Origin: Candidatus Hydrogenedentota bacterium
Lineage (GTDB): Bacteria > Hydrogenedentota > Hydrogenedentia > Hydrogenedentales > SLHB01
Reading direction: 5' to 3'
DNA: 64,000 nucleotides
Assembly (NCBI GenBank): GCA_963674865.2
Contig: CAXXYE010000009.1
Coordinates: 1,024,001 to 1,088,000 of the forward strand
The notes below the pieces were generated by a model. It made no database searches and was not told the origin of the DNA. It worked only from the letters and a program-made list of their open reading frames with translations. The position numbers and the translations under genes were made by a program. Below, one piece after another: positions 9,892 to 18,811 of the stretch. How positions within the stretch are numbered: the stretch's first letter is position 1; the number at the start of each line of letters is the position of its first letter.

Positions 9892-10701
9892 TTGACGCGT
9901 ATGCTGTTTGGGGACAAGCTCCGCGGCCTCTATCAGATTATGCAGTTCGACAACCGGCTGGAGCTGCTGCTGAGCCGCACCGTCTTCAAGAAGACCAACC
10001 TCAACGTCTATCGCCTGGGCGGGATGGAGTGCGTGGTCGATTGTCGCGGGGGCGATGAAAACGGCCTCCGGTATTGCTTTTCGTCCGATCTCTACCGGGC
10101 CATGCTCAAGTCCCTCCCGCTGGGCCCTGAAGTCTCCTTGCTCGACCTCGGCGCGAACTGCGGCGGTTTCCCGCTGCTGCTGCACTCGCTCGGCCTGTCG
10201 CTGAAGATGTGCGTCTGTGTGGAACTGAATCCGAACACGTTCGTGCGTCTTCAGTTCAATGTACGGCACAACCTGAAGGGAACCGCAGTGCTGCTCAACG
10301 CGGGGATCTGCGGGACGCGGAGAACGCTCGAACTCACGTTGGGGGAGGGCAGCACGGGCGATAACATCTATGCGGGGGACGACGCAACCGGCACGCCGTA
10401 TCGCCTCGATGGCATGCTCTTCGACGATGTGTTTGAGCGTGTGTGGAAGGACTCCGGGGAAAACGTGGATCTATGCAAGATGGATGTGGAGGGCGCGGAA
10501 CACGAGGTGTTTTCCAATCCGGGCCATGACAGGCTGCGGCAATGCCGCTATCTGATCATCGAGATCCATAAATCCAAGGACACGAGCGAACAAGAGAGAC
10601 TACTCGCCGAGATCGCCCGACTCGGATTCGTCGAGTCGCTGGAGCACCGATGCGACGATGTCCACCTCTTCAAGAACACGGCGCTGACTGTGAAGGTGTA
10701 A
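9892..10701 (+). CDS. FkbM family methyltransferase
   Basis: LLDLGANCGGF, CVELNPNTF, LLNAGI, VDLCKMDVEGAEHEVF, IIEIH. GGAGGAAGGA RBS; start is TTG 9892 or ATG 9901. Confidence 0.88.
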   Translation: MTRMLFGDKLRGLYQIMQFDNRLELLLSRTVFKKTNLNVYRLGGMECVVDCRGGDENGLRYCFSSDLYRAMLKSLPLGPEVSLLDLGANCGGFPLLLHSLGLSLKMCVCVELNPNTFVRLQFNVRHNLKGTAVLLNAGICGTRRTLELTLGEGSTGDNIYAGDDATGTPYRLDGMLFDDVFERVWKDSGENVDLCKMDVEGAEHEVFSNPGHDRLRQCRYLIIEIHKSKDTSEQERLLAEIARLGFVESLEHRCDDVHLFKNTALTVKV

Positions 10702-10987
10702 AATAATAAATATGTAAACAAGACGAAATCCCCGTTGTAGATATCATTGGCTAGGGGTGAGGGTTGGTGAGGGTTAGAGGGTTTTCTCGAAAAGTTCTCT
10801 GTTTTTTCTGCTCCGTAGGAAAGTTTGAAGGAAAGCCTCTCAACTATCTCTCCAGAAGGGGTGATCGGCCAATTAAACACTTACTGTATAGGTGTTTAAG
10901 TCGCCTAAGCCCTCTCCGCAAACTATCACCCCGCTTTCTTCGTCTTGGTTCAGCGGGAATTGGACTTTTTCGCCTCCAATAAGCTTC

Positions 10988-11233
10988 TTAGTCCTTGGTC
11001 TTGGGGAGCTTTTCAACAGGTCGAATCAGGCCGTGGGTAATGGTGGAGGCGATGATTGCTGTCGCCACCGGCAGAGAAAGGACTGCGGTTGTTTTCCCGC
11101 CATCGAAAAGATACTGCGCCAGCAGGATAGGTAGAACTGCTGCGAGTATCAGAACGAAAGCAACGAACGCAGCGATATTGCCCCAGTGCACAAGGCGGGC
11201 GCCGTTCCGGTTCTCAGACATTTGCAGGGCCAT
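10988..11233 (-). CDS. Small hypothetical membrane protein (two hydrophobic segments)
   Basis: 81 aa, AGGA upstream, two predicted TM stretches, lies in a lower-GC patch. No family recognised. Confidence 0.4.
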   Translation of the reverse strand: MALQMSENRNGARLVHWGNIAAFVAFVLILAAVLPILLAQYLFDGGKTTAVLSLPVATAIIASTITHGLIRPVEKLPKTKD

Positions 11234-11474
11234 GCTTCCTATCCTTTTCTTTGGGCGAAGAATAGATATTGGCGTTATGCCCCGTCCTTTTGGCGGGAGT
11301 CTTCTAGGGCATGAGCGGGCTATCCCTCGGCGTCGCTACTTTCCAGCCGAGCCGACGTCTTTTTCTCCCGGCGCCCCCCACGTTACATCGCGGCAGTTAG
11401 GTGATTCAACTGTCGCAGAACTTCGGGCGCGCGACGCCTCGCCCCGCCAGGAGCCGCGCTTTCTGCCGGTACCT

Positions 11475-14400
11475 CTATTGGCGGGGCTTCCAGTCGGGAT
11501 GGTGTTCCTGGGCCCAGCGGGCTTTGACTTTGCCGCCGAAGAGGCTGCGCAGGCAGTGAGGATTGATGACGACCGCGAGGTACACGTGGCCGAGTAGTGT
11601 CAGGATCATGACAAGGCCGGCTACATCGTGCGCGGTGAAGAGAAGCGATTGTCTCGCATCGCTTGTCCCTTCGAGGTACTTCATGAGCACCCCTGTGACG
11701 GCGAGCACGGCCATCATTGCCACGCTCAGCCAGAAGAGGATCTTCTGTCCCGCGTTGAACTTCCCGGCGGGATAGTGCCCCTTGCCGCCCAGGTAGCCGC
11801 CGAAGCCCTTGAGCCAGGCGAAATCGCCTTTCGCGGGCAGCATGGTGAGCGCCCAGAAGAGGAACATGCCGGCCACGCCAACTGCCGCCGCATAGCCGAC
11901 GATGGTATGCACCATTCGCGCCCAAGGGCCCAGCGGGTCGTTTGCGCTGAGGAGGAAGCAGAAGCCCGTCACTGCCAGGAAGGTAACGGCCGTCATGCCG
12001 ATCAGGTGCGCAAGCCGCTCATGAAGGCGGAAGCGGAGCACGTCCTGGCCTTCGTATCCCTCGCTCCGATTCTTGGAGCCGAAGAGGGTGTAGTGCAGGA
12101 TAATTGCCACCGCCACGGCGAGTACAAGCCACGGCGAGAGGGGCTTGAGCAGGCCTTCCCGATAGGCTCCAAGGAGGATAGCGCCGCGCGAATAACCCAG
12201 CTTCTCGTGCATGGGCGTTGTCACGGGGGCGGCATCCTCGCCGAAGGGATCGAGCATCACAGGCCCAAAGAAGAAATGGGAGTCGGCTGCGTGGCAATCG
12301 GTGCAACCGTTGGCGCCCAATGCCTGTGAGGCGGGCTCGACGCCGTGGCTGATAGTCCACGACAGGCGCCGCGCGAGTTGGGCGACGGCCGGATGGGCGT
12401 TGGCATCGGCTTGTTCGACCTTGGCCGCGAACATGTTGGCCAGCCGAGTCTCGGCATATTCCCACCGCAAGGCATAATCCCATTTGGTCGCACGCCGCCG
12501 CTGCTCATAGCGATCGATGGCGAGGAACGACTTGCCTTCGGCGAGGGGGGCCATCCCTCTCAAAGGATGCGTGTAGGGATCGTCGGCGTCCTGGACTTCG
12601 ACGCGATAGAAGACGTCGCCCTTGATGTAGAACAACACGGGCTCTTCGAGCCGGGGGGCGGTGCGAGTCAACGCCCAGGCCACCAGGCCGATTTCATCCT
12701 TGGAATTCGCTTCGGGCACGCTGTCGTTGTTGTCGTCATAGACATCGACCCGCTGCCGCTCGGCGGGCTGGTATGCCGCCAGTTTTGCCCGGATGGCCGC
12801 ATGCATCTCTGCGTCGGTGAGCGTCTTGGGAGCGGGGAGAGGCGCTTCTTTGCCCGAGGCCGGCTTGGCCGGATACCGGAAGATATGGAATTGCTCCGAG
12901 TGGAGGAAGTCCCAGGCGGCTTTCATGTCTTTGAGGAAGAACGGCCGGGCAACGCCGTGGTCCAGGTAGGCCCAGAAGGCGCCCAGTTGATAGCCCTCGG
13001 GCTCAATCTGGCCGCTCTGCGGGTTGATGGCGTACGTCACCGGGTATTCCGCGATGGCCGCGCCGGCGCGGCGTGGCTGGAGCGCGGTGGGCAGTGGCGC
13101 CAGTTTGCCTGAATCCAAGACGTACGACTGGCCCCGAAGCACGCACACCGCCTTGCTTTCATCCTCGCGGAGTGCGGTTTCTTCCAGCGCCACGAGCATT
13201 AGGGCGCATGCATCCGGATTCGACGCCACGCTGCCATCTTCGACGAGGTCCACGGGGCGCAAGGGCTTCGCGGCCAGTCGGGATGAGCCGTCTTCGTTCA
13301 GGAAGTATTCGCGGAGGGGGCTATTCACGGCCAGGGTGTATCGGGCAGCCGCCTGAATCTCCTCGCGCGTGAACGGGGCGAACAAGTTATCTGTGGTCAA
13401 CTGCGCGAGGCTTCCCCATGTCGCGCCAAAGGCGATGCTGTCAACCGTCGCCGCATCGGGCTGCACCGGAAGCTCCATGGCCTTGCCCTGGAGTGTGTCG
13501 ACGGTGCGCGTGCCGACAAACGGGCGGTGGGTGATATGGCAGGCCGTGCAGCCGAGCCGGCTGAAGTGCAGCTTCGGCAGGCCGGGATGGTCGTAGTCCG
13601 GCGCGCCTTGCTCCTGCGCCTCGTGACATTGCTCGCAGGAGAGCATGGTGCGGTCGAGGTCATCGCGGACGCTCTGCCCCGAGGAGATGCCCTTGGCGAA
13701 ATTGTGGCGGATATCTCCCTGGTGGCAATCGATGCAGCGAAGGCCCTGTGCCGTGTGGACGTCCTGCATGTAGTGCGTATGCCACGTGGTGCCGCGCTTC
13801 TGGACGCCGGACATATCGTGGCAGAACGTGCACTGGCGATCCGTCGGGCGCCGGATCTTCAGATCGACCTTGCCGTCCGGCCGGAACAGTTCCTTGTGGT
13901 AGTAAACCTTCGGCTGCTGGCCGTCTTTTCTGGAGCCCCACACATGGCCGAGGCCCGAGGCCGCGGTCGCGGCCCATTGGTAATTGAGCTTCTTGATGTT
14001 CTGGGCGCGGGTCGAGTACTCGTAGGTATCGAGGTGGCAGATGAAGCAGTCGGCCTCGACCACGCCGGCGCTGGCCCAGTCGGCGCCGTAGTAGTCGCCG
14101 TTGCCCATGGTGGTGATCATGGGATCCGTCCGCACGACCTCATCGTAGCGCCGCCGTGCCCGGTCGTACTCGGCAGGTCCCCCACCGGGATGACAGATGC
14201 CGCAGTTGCTAATCCAGTCGAAGGCCGTCATGTCGACGGCGGTGGGGTCGGCGAAGTTCTTTGGCGCGAGTTCCCGCTGGTAGAGGAGTTGCCACTTGCC
14301 GAAGAAGCCCGGACTTCGGTGCGGGGAGACGCCCTCGCCGATAGGGGCGTCAGGATACATCTCATTGCGCCCCATCTGGAAGTGATAGCCGCGGGTGATG

Positions 14401-14696
14401 CGGTCGTAATCGTGGCATGCCCCGCAGGTTTGCTTGGTGCTTACCGGCCGCGTCACTTCCTCCTGCGTGGGGTCGATCACCTTGCCGTCGATGTCGCGCA
14501 GATGAAAGGGCGGGCAGGAGAGCGGCAGCATCCGAGAGATGTCGGCACGCTGCGCTCGCTCATCGGTTATGAGGGCGCGCCCGATGTACTTGTCCAGGTT
14601 CTCATAGGCGGCGGGCCCCTGCTCGGAGGCGGCCGCGATCCCCAACGTCAGCGCACAGAGCGCCGTCAGCGTTGCCGAAAAAAGGATACTCCTCAT
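11475..14696 (-). CDS. Octaheme cytochrome c fused to an FdnI-like di-heme cytochrome b
   Basis: Sec signal. Eight CxxCH motifs (CGACH, CGICH, CFICH, CTFCH, CIDCH, CEQCH, CTACH, CTDCH). C-terminal membrane domain with RF.LHERLAH, RMVH, PAGKFNAGQK, TAHD, GHVY, WAQEHHPDW, typical of formate dehydrogenase gamma subunits. Confidence 0.9.
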   Translation of the reverse strand: MRSILFSATLTALCALTLGIAAASEQGPAAYENLDKYIGRALITDERAQRADISRMLPLSCPPFHLRDIDGKVIDPTQEEVTRPVSTKQTCGACHDYDRITRGYHFQMGRNEMYPDAPIGEGVSPHRSPGFFGKWQLLYQRELAPKNFADPTAVDMTAFDWISNCGICHPGGGPAEYDRARRRYDEVVRTDPMITTMGNGDYYGADWASAGVVEADCFICHLDTYEYSTRAQNIKKLNYQWAATAASGLGHVWGSRKDGQQPKVYYHKELFRPDGKVDLKIRRPTDRQCTFCHDMSGVQKRGTTWHTHYMQDVHTAQGLRCIDCHQGDIRHNFAKGISSGQSVRDDLDRTMLSCEQCHEAQEQGAPDYDHPGLPKLHFSRLGCTACHITHRPFVGTRTVDTLQGKAMELPVQPDAATVDSIAFGATWGSLAQLTTDNLFAPFTREEIQAAARYTLAVNSPLREYFLNEDGSSRLAAKPLRPVDLVEDGSVASNPDACALMLVALEETALREDESKAVCVLRGQSYVLDSGKLAPLPTALQPRRAGAAIAEYPVTYAINPQSGQIEPEGYQLGAFWAYLDHGVARPFFLKDMKAAWDFLHSEQFHIFRYPAKPASGKEAPLPAPKTLTDAEMHAAIRAKLAAYQPAERQRVDVYDDNNDSVPEANSKDEIGLVAWALTRTAPRLEEPVLFYIKGDVFYRVEVQDADDPYTHPLRGMAPLAEGKSFLAIDRYEQRRRATKWDYALRWEYAETRLANMFAAKVEQADANAHPAVAQLARRLSWTISHGVEPASQALGANGCTDCHAADSHFFFGPVMLDPFGEDAAPVTTPMHEKLGYSRGAILLGAYREGLLKPLSPWLVLAVAVAIILHYTLFGSKNRSEGYEGQDVLRFRLHERLAHLIGMTAVTFLAVTGFCFLLSANDPLGPWARMVHTIVGYAAAVGVAGMFLFWALTMLPAKGDFAWLKGFGGYLGGKGHYPAGKFNAGQKILFWLSVAMMAVLAVTGVLMKYLEGTSDARQSLLFTAHDVAGLVMILTLLGHVYLAVVINPHCLRSLFGGKVKARWAQEHHPDWKPRQ

Positions 14697-14773
14697 CCGT
14701 CAGTGTCTCTCTTCCGCATGGGAACCGCATGTCGAATCACCCGCTCGACGAGTGACTGTGGCGACAAGTGCAC

Positions 14774-16168
14774 TTAGCCAAAGACCGACGGGTCATCCGT
14801 CGGGAAATCGAAGGTGTACCACGCCGGGTCGATCTCAACCTGGGTCCGTTCACGAAGGGCTTTCATGCCGGCCAAGGCCATGACGGATGCGCGCATGCCA
14901 ACCATAACATTGGCCCTTGGCGCCCCGCCGTACATGATGTTGTTCGCGAAGGACTCGAACTGGAGCTGATCGACTGACTTGTCATTGTCGACCGTGATCT
15001 CCTTGGCGTTCGCCAGGGCCTTGTTCGTCATTTCGCGCGTGCCGCCGGATGTAATGATGGACGCGTTCTGCGCGTCCGCATCCCGCATGCCCTGATCCGC
15101 CCATCGCACCTCCGCGGTGGCCTCAGGGAAGAACAGGCCGCCCGTTTCGGTAAGTTGAAACGCGCCCTGATCCCCCTCGATCATCTCGGAAGCGCCCTTC
15201 TGGCCGTTCGCCGTGATGTAACTGAACGCGGCGCGCACGGTGTAGGGCTCGTTGATCGCCCGTCGGTCCTGGTAGGGATTCCGCGCGTTAATGGCGCGAT
15301 AGCCTCTGGATTCGGGCGTGATGTCGAATTCATAGACGAGATTGACGTTGTCGAAGACGGTACGGCCGTCGCGCCAGTAGTCGAGCCCGCCGTATCCCGT
15401 GACGCGGCTCGGCATGGTGTCCAGGAACCACGCGGCGATATCCAACTGGTGCGTGGCCAGCTCGGTCATCAGCCCGCCGGAGTACTCCCGATAGATGCGC
15501 CAATTGAGGTGCCGTTCGAGGTTGGTGATCCAACGCGCTTCCTCCGGGCTCAACTGGTAGTTCAAGTTAACCGGGCGGCGCCAGTCATCGTTTCTGTGCC
15601 ACTGGCACATGATATGGTTGATCCGACCGAGGACGCCCTCCGTCCGGGCCAGCATCATTGCCTTGTTGTACATGGGATTGACGCGCCGCTGATGCCCGAC
15701 CTGGACAAAAAGTCCTGTCTGGTGGCACTTCCTTACCAGCTCACGGCTCTGCTCCAGGTCATAGCACATCGTTTTCTCGGTGAAGCAGAACTTGCCGGCA
15801 TCCAGACAGTCCGATGTGATCTGGAAGTGCGTGTGTAGCGGCGTGGCAATGACGACCGCGTCGAGCTGCTCCTTTTCGAGCATTTCGCGGTAGTCCATGT
15901 ATTTCTTGATGTCGCCTCCGCCCGCCACCTGGTAAGCGCCCTCGAGATGGGGCCGGAACACGTCGCAGACGGCCACGATCTGAATATTACTCGCGCTGCT
16001 CAGGCCGTAGCGGATGTGGAATGAGCCTTGGCCGCCGGTGCCGATACAGCCGACCCGCACCTTCTCGTTGGCGGCGTAGGATAGCGGCGCATAGGAGGTC
16101 GCGATGGCGGCCCCGACGGTCGTGCCGGCCACCTTGATGAAGTCCCGCCTGGATACATCGTCACTCAT
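14774..16168 (-). CDS. Tat-exported Gfo/Idh/MocA family oxidoreductase
   Basis: SRRDFIK twin-arginine signal. Rossmann motif IGTGGQG, DAVVIATPLHTH, EKTM, VGHQRR, WRIYREYSGGLMTELATHQLD. Confidence 0.93.
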   Translation of the reverse strand: MSDDVSRRDFIKVAGTTVGAAIATSYAPLSYAANEKVRVGCIGTGGQGSFHIRYGLSSASNIQIVAVCDVFRPHLEGAYQVAGGGDIKKYMDYREMLEKEQLDAVVIATPLHTHFQITSDCLDAGKFCFTEKTMCYDLEQSRELVRKCHQTGLFVQVGHQRRVNPMYNKAMMLARTEGVLGRINHIMCQWHRNDDWRRPVNLNYQLSPEEARWITNLERHLNWRIYREYSGGLMTELATHQLDIAAWFLDTMPSRVTGYGGLDYWRDGRTVFDNVNLVYEFDITPESRGYRAINARNPYQDRRAINEPYTVRAAFSYITANGQKGASEMIEGDQGAFQLTETGGLFFPEATAEVRWADQGMRDADAQNASIITSGGTREMTNKALANAKEITVDNDKSVDQLQFESFANNIMYGGAPRANVMVGMRASVMALAGMKALRERTQVEIDPAWYTFDFPTDDPSVFG

Positions 16169-18585
16169 GGTAACTTCCTTTCTTCAGGGAAGCTGATTCG
16201 GAGCGGTACGGGGGACTCTCCGCTGGGAGTCGGGACGAGAATCGCGCGAATTCCCGGGCGCCGCTCACAGTACCGCCGCGTCTCCTCTTCGTCCATCACA
16301 AAAAAGGCCGTGCTGAGCGCATCACTTTCCATGCCCGACGGCGCGATGGCCGTGGCGCTCAACATTCCCTCCACGGGCATGCCCGTGCGTGGGTCGAAAA
16401 TATGGCAATATGACTTGCCCTGCAACTCGAAGAACTTTTCGTAGCTGCCTGATGTGGATAGAGATTCGTCCCGGAGAACGACCTCGTCAAGCCACGACAC
16501 TGTATTATACGGATTTCTGATGCGGACTGTCCAACCAGGCCTTCCGGGCGGCGCGCCGATGGCTACAACGGTGCTGGTGCCTGCGTGGAGGGCTGCGGAA
16601 GTCACTCCGTACTGCTTGAGAACCTGTGCCGCACGATCCAGTCCCAGGCCCTTGCCAATGCCGCCCAAGTCGAGCAGAATGCCCTGTTGGCCATACGCAA
16701 CCGTCTTCTCTGTCCGGTCGACGGCAATCTTCTCCATGCCTACTCTTGCCAAGGCTTCCGTCAACTCCCCTTCGCCCGGCAAGCGGCCCTCTCCCTTGTA
16801 GAATCCCCAGAGTTTGATGAGTGGGCCGACGGTCGGGTCGAAGGCGCCGTGCGTGTCGCGATGGACCTGCTGCGCGAACAGGATCAGATCCAGCAGGTCG
16901 GGCGCCGTGGCGACGGACCCCTGTGCCGCGCGGTTATTGATATACGTGATCTGGCTGTCCGCACGCCAGCGGCTGAACCGGGCCTCGACGTCGTCAATCG
17001 CGTTGAAGGCTTCTCGGACAATTCGGGCCGCCTCCTGCATATCCGCATCGCCCTCGCGGGCGAACACGCGGAACTCGAAGTCGGTGTTCATGGCCGCGTG
17101 CCTGAAGACCTCGAACGGCCTCTCTGCCGCGGCCCCGCCGTTATCGTCCATCGCGGCATTCTCCTCTTCAACGGCCGCCCACGCTACGTGGGTTGGGCTC
17201 TTATCCAAGTGTTCCATGAGTCTGCGCCAGTTGCCCGTCAAGCTGTAATAGGCGGCAATAGACATCACGACAACCGAACACATCAGCATGGCGGCCCAGA
17301 AGATCCGCATTCCCCCTTTGGGGCGCGCCTCCCCCATGAAGGACTTGCTGTTGAGCAGGACCATGAAACACAGCACGGCCAGCGGCAGCAGGGGCGCATT
17401 CAGGCTTGATGCGGTGATGGCTGCCTGCCAGGGGAAGCCTTGCATGGCGACGCCGTACACGCCGATGACGGGCAGTAGCGAAAACCAGAACTTCGCCTTG
17501 CCGTCGTGCGGGAAGTTGAACATCTCACAGCCGATGAAGCCGCATGCCAGCATGTGCGTGATGATCGTCGTGAAGCCGACCGCCACCATTCCGAGCCCGA
17601 TCAGGAGGAGCGCCGCCCCGTTGCCCAGTGCCTCATTCCCAAGCCACTGGCCGAAGGTCGGGCCCAGCACGGGGACAATGTCCATGATGTTCCGCGTGAG
17701 CGCGCCGGCCGTTCCCTCTTTGGGGCCGATGGTGTTGGCGACGGCAAGCATCAGAAAGGATGTTGCGAACAAGAACGGCACGACCATGCCCGAAAGCAGG
17801 TCGAAATAGGCCAATTCCTTGTGTTTCTTTCCCCAGCCTTTGTTGAGAAGTGTATACGGATAGAGGAAGACCATGTTGATGCCGAGCGCGGCGGCCAGGC
17901 CCCCGACGATGGGGATGCGCGCCTCGGGCATGATGCCGCCATCCATCACGTCGCGGATGAAGGTAACGCCTGTCACCCCCAGCGCCAGGCGTTTCCACTG
18001 GATGCCGGTGGCGATGGCTACGAAGGCGAAGGCGGCCACGATGGTCCATACGAGGGTTTTCGCGAGGAATTCAAAGATCTTCACTCCGCGCGAGCCTGCA
18101 TTGTAGAGGTACACGACCGCGCATGCCGAGGCCAGGAGCAACGCCCCGATGAAGCACTTCCCCGCGCCGGTGTCGAGGTTGATGCCGATACCTTGACCTA
18201 GGGAGACCAGCCCGTTCGCGGTCAGAGTGTATTGGGGGAAATGCCAGATGAGGGTGGCCAGGAGTGCGCTTGCTCCCCACAGGATCGCCAGCGCGGGATG
18301 AAGCCGCTCCCCAAATGCCCGGTATGGCCGCTCGCCTGTGTGGCAGACCTGCTTTGCCACGGCCGCCAATACGAAGTAGCCAAGGATGATTGCTAGGGGC
18401 TGTACCCAGAGCAACTCATAGCCCAACAATGAGCCGAAGGTCATGCAGGCTGCGATCGAGCCTCCGCCCAACGTCATAGCGCTTTGGAGATATCCCGGCC
18501 CGCTCAATTTGAAGTAGCCAAGGAGACGCTTGTGCATAGGCTTCTTGAGCAGCGAAGCCAGGATCTCTTGTTCGTCCATCGTCAT
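16165..18585 (-). CDS. apbE: Nramp-like membrane transporter fused to FAD:protein FMN transferase (ApbE)
   Basis: N-terminal ~450 aa polytopic domain (GPGYLQSAMTLGGGS, GYELLWVQP, GINMVFLYPY). C-terminal ApbE motifs AMNT, GAFDPTVGPLIKLWGF, LDLGGIGKG, STSGSYEKFF, YCHIFDPRTG, SDALSTAFFVM. One uninterrupted ORF. Confidence 0.9.
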   Translation of the reverse strand: MTMDEQEILASLLKKPMHKRLLGYFKLSGPGYLQSAMTLGGGSIAACMTFGSLLGYELLWVQPLAIILGYFVLAAVAKQVCHTGERPYRAFGERLHPALAILWGASALLATLIWHFPQYTLTANGLVSLGQGIGINLDTGAGKCFIGALLLASACAVVYLYNAGSRGVKIFEFLAKTLVWTIVAAFAFVAIATGIQWKRLALGVTGVTFIRDVMDGGIMPEARIPIVGGLAAALGINMVFLYPYTLLNKGWGKKHKELAYFDLLSGMVVPFLFATSFLMLAVANTIGPKEGTAGALTRNIMDIVPVLGPTFGQWLGNEALGNGAALLLIGLGMVAVGFTTIITHMLACGFIGCEMFNFPHDGKAKFWFSLLPVIGVYGVAMQGFPWQAAITASSLNAPLLPLAVLCFMVLLNSKSFMGEARPKGGMRIFWAAMLMCSVVVMSIAAYYSLTGNWRRLMEHLDKSPTHVAWAAVEEENAAMDDNGGAAAERPFEVFRHAAMNTDFEFRVFAREGDADMQEAARIVREAFNAIDDVEARFSRWRADSQITYINNRAAQGSVATAPDLLDLILFAQQVHRDTHGAFDPTVGPLIKLWGFYKGEGRLPGEGELTEALARVGMEKIAVDRTEKTVAYGQQGILLDLGGIGKGLGLDRAAQVLKQYGVTSAALHAGTSTVVAIGAPPGRPGWTVRIRNPYNTVSWLDEVVLRDESLSTSGSYEKFFELQGKSYCHIFDPRTGMPVEGMLSATAIAPSGMESDALSTAFFVMDEEETRRYCERRPGIRAILVPTPSGESPVPLRISFPEERKLP

Positions 18586-18762
18586 CTCTCGCTGTCTACC
18601 CAGTTCATTAGGCCCTTTCGGCGGCCATTATGGCACAGGCGGCGGCATGCGTGCCCACTTTGTCGTTCGCGGGATAACTCGGCCGCGCCGATCGATGGAA
18701 CACCCGCCGCCGACCGACCTCGCGGCGGAAAGCGGGATTCGTGAGTATGCACGCAAAGAGAA

Positions 18763-18791
18763 GCCGGATACGTCGGCCCGACGTATCCGGC
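18763..18791 (-). terminator. Intrinsic terminator after the RHS gene
   Basis: Perfect 13-bp stem GCCGGATACGTCG/CGACGTATCCGGC followed on the minus strand by TTCTCTTT, about 20 nt after stop 18812. Confidence 0.75.
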
Positions 18792-18811
18792 GCGCGGGTT
18801 TGCTCGATTGG

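Noticed and set aside
10873..10899. Chromosomal dif site
   Set aside because: The arms do not match XerC/XerD consensus (TTATGTTAAAT absent) and the spacer is 5 nt. Kept only as a generic palindrome.
11475..12080. Formate dehydrogenase operon suggested by the FdnI-like domain
   Set aside because: No FdnG/FdnH, molybdopterin or selenocysteine signatures in the window. The domain is fused to a cytochrome c.
13527..14777. 416-aa plus-strand ORF, and similar long ORFs such as 48462-49775 and 46756-47871
   Set aside because: Antisense or alternate-frame shadows of well-supported genes, with no motifs.
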